Part shown: positions 27,190-41,363 of the stretch, piece after piece
How the letters are laid out: the number at the start of each line of letters is the position of its first letter
How positions within the stretch are numbered: the stretch's first letter is position 1
Origin: Eledone cirrhosa
Lineage: Eukaryota
NCBI GenBank assembly: GCA_964016885.1
Contig: OZ024748.1
Location: 31,186,001-31,250,000 of the forward strand
Direction: 5' to 3'
Length of the DNA stretch: 64,000 bases
Notes under the pieces: generated by a model
Seen by the model: the letters and a program-made list of their open reading frames with translations, nothing else
Told to the model about the DNA's origin: nothing
Database searches by the model: none
Position numbers and translations under genes: made by a program

Positions 27190-30100
27190 TAAAATTCATT
27201 TGTCTTGTATACGTATTATATACGTATTTGTGGTTACATATACACAAATATACTTGCCCTCATATATGTACTTACGCACACATTTTCACCATACGCATGC
27301 ATTTGTACATACACACATATGTACATTTGTGAGTGTATATACATGCATATACACATACCCTAACTATATTTCCTTATTTTTTATATATCTCTTGCATTAC
27401 TTTTATTTATATATTTTTTACCCGTTAAACTCTAGCATTTCTTGAGGAGACTTTCCAAATATTTCACTATGTGTTAAATTGCCTTGTCCGACGAATGAGG
27501 ACGTTTTTCGTATTCGTCTTATTCGGGAAACCTTTGGTAATGAGGTAATTATATTGTATTGTTTATTATACATTAAATTTTGCTTACATAGAGCACTCTT
27601 CATCCTATGACTTTTTCAATTTTCAACGGAAACTTCAATACTTATACAGCTCCCAAGGGAATGATCGTAGCATATTCTAATTTTTTATGAGATTGGCACC
27701 TTCTAGCCCTTGTAAAGTCGAACACTCTTCAGTCAATAGGATTTTAAATCAATACTGAACATGGATAAATATCCTTTGGATTACTCTATCAAGAATATCC
27801 CAACACCTTCTAACACTTCCTACACGAAAATGCTGATAGACAAATTAGAGAAAGTTTTGATTCTCGATGGACACTTTAACACGGAATCTACGGAACATTT
27901 TGATATCAAAACTCATAAATACCCGCAAACTGTAAAAGATATGACCGCTTTTGAACTAGACTTAGTTAATCTAATCAACAATGTCAATTTTCGTAAGTAC
28001 TCTAACTCTTTTCAATCTAAACTATCTAATGATATTTCAATATTCAAATCTTCTAAAAATAAGTTCATTTTCTCCGACAAAACTAAAAACTAAATACGAA
28101 GTTAATAACAATTTACATGACCAACTCTTAATAGATAACATCACCTCTAAATACCAAATAGCTAATATAAACACGTATAATAATATAAATAAGGAAGCTA
28201 AAGAATTAGCTAGTTCTTTAAAAATAGATAATAGGACAGAAAAACTTGCTAAACGTAATGCATATATCACCCTTAAAGATCACAAACCTGACTTTATTAA
28301 TCGACCTAGTTCTAGATTAATCAACCCTGCTATCGGTCTTGCCAGCAAAAATTTTTAAATAATATAAACACACAGATTAGAAATAAGTCTGAATTACTCC
28401 AATGGATAAATAGCTCTTCCGTAGTACATTGGTTTAATAATATTAAAGATAAAAATAGTTCTAGATTCACCCAATTTGACATTGTAGATTTCTACCTGTC
28501 TATCACTCAGACTCTTTTAGCGAAAGCCTTAAATTTCGCTAGAAAGTTTACCAATATTTCTGATATTGAAGAGAATGTCATCTTGCATGCTAGAAACACT
28601 CTACTCTTTACTGATAATGGCACTTGGGTAAAAATATCTAACCCAGAGAACCCATAAAATGTCTCAATGGGTTCTTTTGACAGTGCTGATGTTTGTGATT
28701 TAGTCGGCCTATTCCTCCTACACACACTTAAAGAAAAATTCCCTAACCATATTTTTGGGCTTTATTGCGACAATGGTCTAATACTTTCTCATACCACCAT
28801 AGGCCATAACTTAGATAGATTAAGGAAAGACTTAATAAAAACCTTCGCTAGTTTTAATCTTAAAATTACTATTGACACTAACCTTTCCAATGTTAATTTT
28901 CTAGATATAAACCTAGATTTGCCTACTGCTTCTTATAAACCATACCATAAACCTAATGAAAATTTAAAATATATAAATAAAGGCTCTTGCCATCCTCCTA
29001 TAGTTTTAAAAACATTATCCCTAATATTAGCCATAGGATCTCCACCCTCTCTTCCTCAGAAGCTATTTTCAATAAGGCATCCCCCTACTATAATAAAGCC
29101 CTTCAAAATAGAGGATTTAGCGAACCGATTAAGTACATACCCAACAATACTAACTCTTTTAAACATTTAAACATAATAATAGGAAAAGAAAAATAATCTG
29201 GTTCACCCCCCCCCCTACTATCTAGCAGTTAAAACTAATGTAGGCAAACAATTCCTAGAGCTCTTAGATAAACATTTCCCTAGAACACATAGATACTATA
29301 AGATCTTCAATAGAAACTGTGTCAAAATTAGCTACTCCTGCGGTCCCCCTATTAAATCTTATATCATCAATAAGAAATCACCCAGAGAACATCAAAATTG
29401 CTCCTGTAGAGTCAAAAGTGAATGCCCATTACAAGGTAAATGCAACACCAAAGCCATTGTATGTGCGGCTAAAGTGACAACCATCAGCAACAACCAACCA
29501 GCCACCAGCAAACGATATGTGGGTATGTCACAAGAAAAATTCAAAACGCGTTATTACTCACATGTCGCATCTTTGCGACAACCAGAAAAAAGATTCACAA
29601 CAGTTCTGGCTAGCAGAATATGGGATTTGAAAGACCAAGGTATCCAATATAAATTGGATTGGTCAATTTTGAACCAATCTAAAGAATAAGCAAGAGGAAC
29701 AAGAAGATGCACACTCTGCATAAGTGAAAAATATTGGATTTTACAGAACCTTAAATCACCAAAAACCTGCCTAAATACAAAAACAGAAATGTTCACCAGT
29801 TGCCCACACATGAAATCACACTTGCTTTCCAGCTCATATAAACTTAACTCACATTCAGATACTTATCCGCCATAAACTCTTATTCTTCACTTTTCTTAAA
29901 TTATCCTCTTTACAGACTTCTCTTTCTGATTTACTTTCATTTTTAACTTTATTTTTAATTTTATTTTTATTTTTACTTCACATCCACCAGTAACCCCCCC
30001 CCCCCCTACTTTTCGATTCGCTTACCTAATATCTTCACATTCCACATTTTTCTTTCACTACTTCATACCACATGTCACTTGCGTTTTCCACTCCAGATAT

Positions 30101-30590
30101 ACGTGCGTACGTATATATATGTGTGTGTATGTGTGTTTTTATATATATGTTTTTTTATATCTATGTTTTTTACATACTTATTTATACGTGTGTATGTATG
30201 CGGGTGAATGTATGTGTATGTGTATGTATATGTGTGTATATTTATGGGTGTGTATGTATATATGTATATATATATATAGTCGCGTACGTACGTGTGATTA
30301 GATATACATGTGGCGATATATATTAATATACGTGTCTCGTGTGTATGTATGTACGCATGCATGCGCCTTTGTCTTTACGTATTTGTGTGTATAAATATTT
30401 ATATATATAGATATGTGTATGTACGTGCGTACCTATGTTTGTTTTCTTTTCTCTAGTATTAATTGATTACTTTCTCTTTGATTTAAAATTTTTTTTCATT
30501 CTCATATATTGTTTCATTTTTATACATATATCGAGAATGACACTTCTTTTTACTATTACACTCCCTTCCCTCTTTATCTTCCGCATTTCT
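27190..30590 (+). mobile_element. Near full-length decayed Naiad-like PLE (family 2) with 5' pLTR
   Basis: ORF pieces 27761-29840 contain SIKNIPTP, SDKT, KDHK, MGSFDSADVCDLVGLF, CSCRVKSECPLQGKC, YVGMS and FTSCPH. Confidence 0.9.
27478..27549 (+). ncRNA. Hammerhead family H (CCGACGA core; small deletion at the stem II base)
   Basis: AUUGCCUUGU CCGACGA..GAAA CCUUUGG UA AUGAGGUAAU, 10 bp stem I. Confidence 0.6.
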
Positions 30591-30629
30591 CGCGGATTAT
30601 GGAGGTGTTTTGAAACCCTTAATGAGGTA

Positions 30630-30722
30630 TCCTCTTGATAAGTCGGCAGACCTCACAAAAATTCTATATCTCTGTGATGTAGTGTTTTTGCATAATATGC
30701 CAGGAAACTACGTAGTCGGGGA
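30630..30722 (+). ncRNA. Hammerhead family E (U3-A8 core)
   Basis: UCCUC UUGAUAA..GAAA CUACGUAG UC GGGGA. Lies in a family E unit fragment at 30610-31130. Confidence 0.7.
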
Positions 30723-30776
30723 CTAAAGAAGCAGTTTGGGTATGATATATCTTGTTATTAATTATATCTAATGTTT

Positions 30777-30965
30777 TCAAGGGCGGTGGATTGGCAGTAT
30801 CAGTAGAGGGTCGGACGCCATGCTTTCCAGCATAGTTACGTCCCTTTACGATCTAAGTTCAAATCCCGCCGAGGTTGACTTTGCCTTTCATCCTTACGGG
30901 GTCGATAAAATAAAGTACCAGTAATGCACTGGGTAATTGCTGGCCTTGTGCCTAAAGTAGAGACA
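30777..30965 (+). mobile_element. Full-length tRNA-derived SINE with 20 bp TSD, inserted in a family E unit
   Basis: A-box-like TGGCAGTATCAG, B-box AGTTCAAATCC, core CCTTTCATCCTTACGGGGTCGATAAA. TSD ATTAATTATATCTAATGTTT at 30757 and 30966. Confidence 0.9.
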
Positions 30966-31133
30966 ATTAATTATATCTAATGTTTCTTCACTCTTCATAA
31001 AGTATTATATAGCTCTGATACTGAATCAATCTAATCCATTCGGATTGGTTTGTCGCAGTTATTCATAGAGCAACATCGGTTGAGGTTGGTACAACTAACT
31101 CAGGGATATATGTGGATATATTCATGTATATGT

Positions 31134-34100
31134 ATGAACCATAGCTATAACAAATGTTAAAGACCAAACACACAGAGACGATGGTTAAACAATCATTCGA
31201 ATAGCCAAAAAAACGGTCAAGTAATTCGGGTCAAACAAATAAAAAATATCTGTGATTGAAAATTTACCCGGACCCCTGGAAGGTTGGTAAAATCCAGTAT
31301 TTGGGTTTCTGCGTCTCCTAAATCAAGTACTGTCCGCTTACATAAATAATGTTAGGCTTCTGGTAAGATGATTGAACAAGGAAGCCACTTTCTCAACAGG
31401 TTTTAGTTCAATGTTAATACAAGGACTGACTATTGCTGACCCCACGTGGGGATCGGCAAGGCAGGCAACCCTTATATCAGGCGAATGAATTCAGTTGTGT
31501 ATATTTTTGCAAGAATGCAAAAACATCACAAATCGAATAGAGTTCTCAACGGAAGGGTTAAAATTAACATAAGCTATTCATCAGTCAATAGAATCAAGTA
31601 AAAAATCAAGAAAATTAACTGGTCAATAGCTAGAGTCTGGAGATTAATACAAACATAAATTATCGAGAATCGCATTTCGGCCCACCAAATAACGAAAAAC
31701 AACCTCCGAGATGTGTGGAAAGTGCTCAATGATTCAGATGAACCAGAGCTATAACAAACGTTAAAGGCCAGACACACTGAGACTATGGTTAAACAATCAA
31801 TCGCATAGCCAAAAAAACGATCAAGTAATTCGGGTCAAACAAATAAAAAAATATCTGTGATTGAAAATTTACCCGGACGCCTGGAAGGTTGGTAAAATCC
31901 AGTATTTGGGTTTCTGCGGCTCCTAAATCAAGTACTGTCCGCTTACATAAATAATGTTAGGCTTCTGGTAAGATGATTGAACAAGGAAGCCACTTTCTCA
32001 ACAGATTTTAGTTCAATGTTAATACAAGGACTGACTATTGCTGACCCCACGTGGGGATCGGCAAGGGAGGCGACCCCTGTATCAGGCGAAGGAATTCAGG
32101 TGTGTATATTTTTGCAAGAATGCAAAAACATCACAAATCGAATAGAGTTCTCAACAGAAGGGTTAAAATTAACATAAGCTCAGTCAATAGAATCAAGTAA
32201 AAAATCAAGAAAATTAACTGGTAAATAGCTAGAGTCTGGAGATTAATACAAACATAAATTATCAAGAATCGCATTTGGGCCCACGAAATAACGAAAAACA
32301 ACCTCCGAGATGTGTGGAAAGTGCTCAATGATTCAGATGAACCAGAGCTATAGCAAACGTTAAAGGCCAAACACACTGAGACGATGGTTAGACAATCATT
32401 CGCATAGCCCAAAAAACGATCAATTCGGGTCAAACAAATAAAAAATATCTGCGATTGAAAATTAACCCGGACCCCTGGAAGGTTGGTAAAATCCAGTATT
32501 TGGGTTTCTGCCGCTCCTAAATCAAGTACTGTCCGCTTACATAAATAATGTTAGGCTTCTGGTAAGATGATTGAACAAGGAAGCTACTTTCTCTACAGAT
32601 TTTAGTTCAATGTTAATACAAGGACTGACTATTGCTGACCCCACGTGGGGATCGGCAAGGGAGGCGACCCCTGTATCAGGCGAAGGAATTCAGTTGTGTA
32701 TATTTTTGCAAGAATGCAAAAACATCACAAATCGAATAGAGTTCTCAACAGAAGGGTTAAAATTAACATAAGCTATTTATAAGTCAATAGAATCAAGTAA
32801 AAAATCAAGAAAATTAACTGGTCAATAGCTAAGAGTCTGGAGTACAAACATAAATTATCAAGAATCGCATTTGAGCCCACGAAATAACGAAAAACAACCT
32901 CCGAGATGTGTGGAAAGTGCTCTAATGATTCAGATGAACCAGAGCTATAGCAAACGTTAAAGGCCAAACACACTGAGACGATGGTTAAACAATCATTCGC
33001 ATAGCCCAAAAAACGATCAATTCGGGTCAAACAATAAAAAATATCTGTGATTGAAAATTTACCCGGTCCCCTGGAAGGTCCGCAAAATCCAGTATTTGGG
33101 TTTCTGCGGCTCCTAAATCAAGTACTGTCCGCTTACATAAATAATGTTAGGCTTCTGGTAAGAGGATTGAACAAGGAAGCCACTTTCTCTACAGATTTTA
33201 GTTCAATATTAATACAAGGACTGACTATCGCTAACCCCACGTGGGGATCGGCAAGGGAGGCGACCCCTATATCAGGCGAAGGAATTCAGGTGTGTATATT
33301 TTTGCAAGAATGCAAAAACATCACAATTCGAATAGAGTTCTCAACAGAAGGGTTAAAATTAACATAAGCTATTTATCAGTCAATAGAATCAAGTAAAAAA
33401 TCAAGAAAATTAACTGGTCAATAGCTAGAGTCGGGAGATTAATACAAACATAAATTATCGAGAATCGTATTTCGGCCCACGAAATAAAGAAAAACAACCT
33501 CCGAGATGTGTGGAAAGTGCTCAATGATTCGGATGAACCAGAGCTATAGCAAACGTTAAAGGCCAAACACACTGAGACAATGCTTAAACAATCATTCAAA
33601 TAGCCCCAAAAACGATCAAGTAAATCGGGTCAAACAAATAAAAAATATCTGTGATTGAAAATTTACCCGGACCCCTGGAAGGTTGGTAAAATCCAGTATT
33701 TGGGTTTCTGCGGCTCCTAAATCAAGTACTGTCCGCTTACATAAATAATGTTAGGCTTCTGGTAAGATGATTGAACAGGGAAGCCACTTTCTCAACAGAT
33801 TTTAGTTCAATGTTAATACAAGGACTGACTATTGCTGACCCCACGTGGGGATCGGCAAGGGAGGCAACCCCTATATCAGGCGAATGAATTCAGTTGTGTA
33901 TATTTTTGCAAGAATGCAAAAACATCACAAATCGAATAGAGTTCTCAACAGAAGGGTTAAAATTAACATAAGCTATTCATCAGTCAATAGAATCAAGTAA
34001 AAAATCAAGAAAATTAACTGGTAAATAGCTAGAGTCGGGAGATTAATACAAACATAAATTATCGAGAATCGCATTTCGGCCCAGGAAATAACGAAAAACA

Positions 34101-34873
34101 ACCTCCGAGATGTGTGACAAGTGCTCAATGATTCAGATGAACCATAGCTATAACAAATGTTAAAGACCAAACACACTGATACGATGGTTAAACAATCATT
34201 CGCGTAGCCAAAAAAACGGTCAAGTAATTCGGGTCAAACAAATAAAAAATATCTGTGATTGAAAATTTACCCGGACCCCTGGAAGGTTGGTAAAATCCAG
34301 TATTTGGGTTTCTGCGCCTCCTAAATCAAGTACTGTCCGCTTACATAAATAATGTTAGGCTTCTGGTAAGATGATTGAACAAGGAAGCCACTTTGTCAAC
34401 AGGTTTTAGTTCAATGTTAATACAAGGACTGACTATTGCTGACCCCACGTGGGGATCGGCAAGGGAAGCAACCCCTATATCAGGCGAATGAATTCAATTG
34501 TGTATATTTTTGTAAGAATGCAAAAATATCACAAATCGAATAGAGTTCTCAACAGAAGGGTTAAAATTAACATAAGCTATTCATCAGTCAAGAGAATCAA
34601 GTAAAAAATAAAGAAAATTAACTGGTCAATAACTAGTGTCTAGAGATTAATACAAACATAAATTATCGAGAATCGCATTTCGGTCCACGAAATAACGAAA
34701 AACAACCTCCGAGATGTGTGGCAAGTGCTCAATGATTCAGATGAACCATAGCTATAACAAACGTTAAAGGCCAAACACACTGAGACGATGGTTAAACAAT
34801 CATTCGCATAGCCAAAAAAAACGATAAAGTAATTAGGGTCAAACAAATAAAAAATATCTGTGATTGAAAATTT
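31134..34873. repeat. Tandem satellite, about 6.2 units of 593-605 bp
   Basis: Marker ATCTG(T/C)GATTGAAAATT at 31248, 31853, 32447, 33043, 33647, 34251 and 34856. Confidence 0.95.
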
Positions 34874-34913
34874 ATATACATATATATAAATATATATATA
34901 TATATGCATATAA

Positions 34914-35002
<89 letters not shown>

Positions 35003-35027
35003 CATATATATATATATATACATATAT

Positions 35028-35079
<52 letters not shown>

Positions 35080-35087
<8 letters not shown>

Positions 35088-38000
35088 GTGAGGTCTTTTT
35101 TTACAAACTGAAAAATAGCCGAGGTGTCCTACACGAGTGAAAGTATAAAGAAAAAGAGATGAAATCGAAAATGAAACTCGAGTCTTATTTTTTATAAGTA
35201 TATATATATTTATTTGGTTCCTTTACCGGTTTCCCAGTTTTTCTGCTTTTCAAAAGGTGAGTTGAGATGGAGGGTCTGTGGTTTTTCTCACATCTGGTTG
35301 GTCTCTGAATGTTACTTGTTTTATATGGAAAAAGTGGCTCGAAATGCCAGGTTTTTCGAGAAGTAATTTGATTGGTTTGTCAATAATTATAATAAATTTC
35401 GCGCCAGTTCGCGATACAATAGTTCTTCAAATAAGAGGGGGGGAGGTTGTCACAGGTTGTTTTTTTTATATATGAGTGTTTAAATTTCTTTTTACTTGAA
35501 AAAAGGAGGCCCACGAAGGCTTTTTGGTTGGTTATAAATGAAATTATGGCTGTCACGTGAATAAGTTTTCATTAAATTTTTGTGCCCTTATTTGGAAATC
35601 TATTCTGTAGCCTTTTTAGAGAATTTTTTGATAAGTGAAAGGGATGGGAGAATTGTTGTGGTTCAGTGAATATGGTTAGTTCGCTGGGGTGTCAGAATTC
35701 AGATTTTCTATTGAATAAAGAAAGTAAAGATATGTATGTTTATTTGTGTGCTTGTGTGTGTGTGCGTGTGTGTGTGTGTTGTGTGTGTGTTTGAATTTCT
35801 TTACTTTTAAAAAAGGTGGCTCACGAAGGCTTTTTTTTAATAAACGTGATTTGATTGGTTATAAATGAAATTTGGCTGTCACGTGAACAAGTTTTCATTA
35901 CATTTTTGCGCCCTTATTTGGAAAACTATTCTGTAGCCCTTATAGCGAATTTTATGACAATGGAAAGATAGTGGTCAAGAGAAATGGGATTGGGAGAATT
36001 GTTCTGGTTCAGTGAATATGGTTAGTTCGCTGGGGTGTCAGAGTTCAGATTTTCTATTTCAGTGAAGATATGTATGTTTATTTGTGTGCTTGTGTGTGTG
36101 TGTATGTGTGTGTGTGTGTGTGTATGTGTGTATTGGAAGATGATTCTATTAGTAGAAATGGGGGAGGGAGTTGTGTGTGTGTGTATATGGGTGTTATGTG
36201 TGTGTGTGCGAGTATGTTAAGATAGAGAGAATATATATTTTGTGTGTGTGTATATATATGTGTGTAGGAAAGTGGTTCTATTAGTAGAAATGGGGAGGGA
36301 GTTGTGGGTGTGGGGGTTGTTATGTGTGTGGGAGTATGGTTAGCATGTTAAGATGAAGAGAATATATATATATATATATATATTGTGTGTGTGTGTATGT
36401 GTGTGTGTAGGAAAGTGATTCCTTTAGTAGGAATATTTTTGAATGAACATATTTTCCTTACTTATTCGTATTTGCTGTTGTATTGTCAGTGCAAACGTAT
36501 GTTAAGGTTTATTTAGTTCGGGTTTTTATTTTCTAAAGTAGAAGGTGTTATGTGTGTGTGTGTATGTCATATTATGGTGTTGACATAATGTATATTAAAC
36601 CATATTTAATGTTGGTCTATATTTTTGAATAAACATATTTTCCTTATTTATTCGCATTTGTTCTGTTGTATTGTTAGCGCAAAGGTAAAATGGGAAGACT
36701 TGGAATTTGGGTGTCTTATTACTTGCGCAAATGTCTAGATATGCACTTAGTGGTATCTGTCTCGTGGTTGGATCTCGTAATTGTTGGCGATGAACTGTCA
36801 TTCTGTTTCTGAGTGTGAGTTTAGTTTGTCCTATATAATCTTCATTGGATCCTTTACATTTAATGGCATAAAATAGATTTTTTGATGAGCAAGTGAAGTG
36901 ATTTTTTACAGTAAAATTTTGTCCTGATTTAAATGTATACGTGTTGCCTTCAATGAGGTGAGTGCAGGTTCCACAATTAGAGCGACCACATTTTTTGATA
37001 CTTGGTTGTGGGTTTGTGGTAGGTAATTTGGCATTGGTGAGTAATGTTTTCAGTGATTTTGGTTGTCTTTTGCTTTTGATTATTTTGTGTGTTTCAAGGG
37101 CTTTTTTCATTCTTGGGTTTTGTTTTAGTAGTGGGATGTTATTGTGAATAGTGTTGTAAGCTTCCGCATTTCTTGGGTTGTGTGTTGAGATATATGATAG
37201 AATATTGGACGTACCTTGAATTTGTTTCTGTTTCCGTAATTCATCAATGCCTATTGCTTTAGCCCTTTCTATTCCATTATTTATTAGTAATAGTGGGTAC
37301 TCTCTCTCTCGAGTAGAATTTCCTTTAATTCTTGAAGTCTTTTATTTCGCGTTTCATAATTGGAGACAATTGTGCAAATTCTTCTTGCTAGGTTAAAAGA
37401 AATGTTCGTCTTCGTGTGCTTTGGATGGTTGGAGGTGAATAGCAGATATTGTTTGGAATCTGTTGGTTTGTAGTGTATGTCAGTTTCGATATTTGTGTCT
37501 TTTTTTAAGATTAAGATGTCCAGAAATGGGAGTTGATCTTGGCTTATTCCATTGTGAATTGGATGTGGTTATTGATGCCGTTTATTAAGTTTTTGAAATC
37601 CTTCAGTTGGTCGAGTGTGTGGGACCAAAGAATGAGGCAATCATCCAAGTAGCGTTTCCAATTCTCTGATAAATATTTGTGGAAGTTCAATCCGTAATTT
37701 GATTTGGACTGTTCATATATCTGGACTTCTAAGTATGCCATGACTAAGTTGGCATAAGTTGGAGCGGCTTTTGTACCCATCGCAGTCCCCGATATTTGCT
37801 TGTAAGTATTGCCATCGAAATCAAAAAAGTTGTTCTGTAGGATGAATTTTAATCCCTCGGTGATGAAGCTTTTTTCTATTCTGTCAGGTATCTCATTGGG
37901 ATATTTCTCTAGCCAGAATCCTATTGCTTCTAGTCCGTATTGGTGTGGGATCGTTGTGTAGAGATTCACTACATCGAAAGACACAATAATAGTGTCGTTG

Positions 38001-38670
38001 TTGACATGTTTGGGGAGGTGGTTTAAGAGGTCCAGATCGTCTCTTACAAGGCTTGGTATGTGTTTCAGTATTGGTTTCAGTAGTATGTCTATAAAGTTGC
38101 TCAATCTGTGTGTTTCACATTGTGGGCCCGCTACAATTGGTCTTAATTTAAGGTCTGTGGGGTATTGTGTGTTCACGCAGGCTGAGGTGGATTGTTTACT
38201 GGCATCGTTGCTTATTTTACACTTGTGGATCTTCGGAAGTCCGTAAAGGTTGCTGGTTTTGTATTCAAAATTTGTTAAATAATCGCGTTCCTTTTTAGTT
38301 AGGTCTTCCTGGTATCGATAAATCAGTGTGTTTAATTTGGTCATTATTTTTGATTGCTGGTAGTTTTTTACTCTTTCATAGTAATTAGTATTTTGTAAGA
38401 GAGAGAACATAGAATTTTTATATTTTTCAGCCTCCATAATGACAACAGTACTTCCCTTGTCCGCTTCCTTAATTATAATGTCCGTATTGTTTTTTAGTTC
38501 ATGGATAATCTCCCATTCCCTTCGACTCGTGTTGGGTTTGGGTTTAGGTTGCGGTAGTTCATGGTATGGGAAGGTAGCTATGTGGTTACAAAATTTGTCC
38601 AGAACTCTGTTTCTACCTTTTGTTGGGTTGTAGCTGCTTTTATTCCGTACAATTGATTCGTCGTTATTCT
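35080..38670 (-). mobile_element. 5'-truncated Neptune-like PLE (family 2), frameshifted ORF 36595-38670 plus long 3' UTR/pLTR
   Basis: ADKGSTVV, LYGLPKIHK, RPIV, SFDVVNLYTTI, GTAMGTKAAPTYANL, RYLDD, CGRSNCGTC, YAIKC..YIGQT. Confidence 0.9.
35220..35257 (-). ncRNA. Candidate minimal hammerhead with U3-A8 core (family I)
   Basis: CCUU UUGAAAA g CAG aaaaa CUG g GAAA CCGG UA AAGG. Sense strand, near the pLTR end. Stems are short. Confidence 0.55.
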
Positions 38671-38869
38671 CTCTCTATATATATTTAATACAATTACAGA
38701 GATAGTTTAAAGCTAAACTCTGACTGGTAACCATCTCACTCAACAAACATTAGGTTATATTTTAATATAAACCCAATTTAAGTGTTTGGGGTGCTAACAA
38801 TATGTATTATGTGGAAAAGCCAGTTGTATTATTTTATGAGATATAATTAAAGTTAAAATACATCTCTCT

Positions 38870-38999
38870 TTCCAAACAATTGTTTCATTATGAGTTTTCT
38901 ACAAATTGAGAGAATATTTCCAGTTTATGTAGAAGCCTAACATATATTCATGTAAGAATATATTTAGGTGGGCGCTTATAAATCATCAGTGGAAGCCCA
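38870..38999 (-). ncRNA. Hammerhead family B, in a unit fragment at 38680-39000
   Basis: UUCCA CUGAUGA UUUAUAAG..CUCAUAAU GAAA CAAUUG UU UGGAA. Confidence 0.7.
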
Positions 39000-41271
39000 T
39001 AAGACTTAATAAAAACCTTCGCTAATTTTAATCTTAAAATTACTATTGACACTAACCTTTCAAATGTTAATTTTCTAGATATAAACCTAGATCTACCTAC
39101 TGCTTCTTATAAACCATACCATAAACATAATGAAAATTTAAAATATATAAATAAAGGCTCTTGCCATCCTCCTATAGTTTTTAAAACCCTTATCCCTAAT
39201 ATTAGCCGTAGGATCTTCACCCTCTCTTCCTCAGAAGCTATTTTCAACAAGGCATCCCCCTACTATAATAAAGCCCTTCAAAATAGCGGATTTAGCGAAC
39301 CGATTAAGTACATACCCAACAATACTAACTCTTTTAAACATAATAATAGGAAAAGAAAAATAATCTGGTTCACACACCCCTACTCTCTAGCAGTTAAAAC
39401 TAATGTAGGCAAACAATTGCTAGAGCTCTTAGATAAACATTTCCCTAGAACACATAGATACTATAAGATCTTCTATAGAAACTGTGTCAAAATTAGCTAC
39501 TCCTGCGGACCCCTATTAAATCTTATATCATCAATAAGAAATCACCCAGAGAACATCAAAATTGCTCCTGTAGAGTCAAAAGTGAATGCCCATTACAAGG
39601 TAAATGCAACACCAAAGCCATTGTATATGCGGCTAAAGTGACAACCATCAGCAACAACGAACCAGCCACCAGCGAACGATATATGGGTATGACACAAGAC
39701 AAATTCAAAACGCGTTATTACTCACATGTCGCATCTTTCCGACATCCAGAAAAAAGATTCACAACAGCTCTGGCTAGCAGAATATGGGATTTGAAAGACC
39801 AAGGTATCCAATATAAATTGGATTGGTCAATTTTGAACCAATCTAAAGAATATGCAAGAGGAACAAGAAGATGCGCACTCTGCATAAGTGAAAAATATTG
39901 GATTTTACAGAACCTTAAATCACCAAAAACCTGCCTAAATACAAAAACAGAAATGTTCACCAGTTGCCCACACATTAAATCACACTTGCTTTCCGACTCA
40001 TATAACTTAACTCACTTTCAGATACTTATCCTCCATAAACTCTTATTCTTCACTTTCCTTAAATTATCCTCTTTACAGACTTCTCTTTCTGATTTACTTT
40101 CATTTTTAACTTTATTTTTAATTTTATTTTTATTTTTACTTCACATCCACCAGTAACCCCCCCCCCCCCTACTTTTCGATTCACTTACCTAATATCTTCA
40201 CATTCCACATTTTACTTCCCCATTTTCTTTCACTACCTGATATCACTTGTCACTTGCGTTTTCCACTCCAGATATATTCTGTTGTTTCGCAGCCGATTTT
40301 ATATTTGTACTCATTTATTCATATAGCTGGTTTATAATCTGTATCTCTTTGTGTGAGTGTGCTTATGTGTGTATATGTTCTGTATATGTATACGAACGCC
40401 TCCCTATGTGTGTGTGCGGACATATATATATGTGTGTGTATGTGTGTTTTTATATCTATGTTTTTTATATCTATGTTTTTACATACTTATTTATACGTGT
40501 GTGTGTATGCGAGTGAATGTATGTGTATGTATATGTGTGTATATGTATATGTATGTATGGGTGTGTATGTATATATGTATATATATATATAGTCGCGTAC
40601 GTACGTGTGATTAGATATACATGTGGAGATATAGATATATATATACGTGCCTCGTGTGTATGTATGTACGCATGCATGCGCTTTTGACTGTACGTATTTG
40701 TGTGTATAAATATTTATATATATATATATATGTGTATGTACGTGCGTACCTATGTTTGTTTTCTTTTCTCTAGTGTTAATTGATTACTTTCTCTTTGATT
40801 TAAAAAATATTTTTTCATTCTCATATATTGTTTCATTTTTATACATATATCGAGAATGACACTTCTTTTTACTAACACACTCCCTTCCCTCTTTATCATC
40901 CGCATATAAGTGACCGCGCGTGTGTGTGTGTTTATACGCGTGCTTTCATACTCATATGTGTATTTAATACCTGTATCTGGATGCGTGTCAACTATATTAT
41001 CATACAATTTCTTTTTCAACTCATATTAATACGTATTTGTGGTCACATATACACAAATATACTTGCCCTCATATATGTAATTACGCACACATTTTCACCA
41101 TACACATTCATTTGTACATACACACATATGTACATTTGTGAGGGTATATACACACATATACACATACCCTAACTATATGTCTTATTTTTTTATATATCTC
41201 TTGCATTACTTTTATTTATATATTTTTTGCATTTCTTGAGGAGACTTTTCAAATATTTCACTATGTTTTAA

Positions 41272-41347
41272 ATTGCCTTGTCCGACGAACGAATGAGGAC
41301 GTTTTCCGTATTCGTCTTATTCGGGAAACCTCTGGTAATGGGGTAAT
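41272..41347 (+). ncRNA. Hammerhead family H (U4C core)
   Basis: AUUGCCUUGU CCGACGA a CGAAUGAGgACG..CGUCUUAUUCG g GAAA CCUCUGG UA AUGGGGUAAU. Confidence 0.7.
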
Positions 41348-41363
41348 TATATTGTATTGTTTA

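Noticed and set aside
31420-31500. HDV-like ribozyme around CCCCACGTGGGG..GGCGAATG
   Set aside because: I could not build P1, P2 and P3 in the required order on either strand.
31570-31800. Hammerhead in the 600 bp satellite (minus-strand CTGATGA; plus-strand CAGATGA ACCA..TGGT TAAA)
   Set aside because: Core nucleotides vary between units and no consistent stems II and III form.
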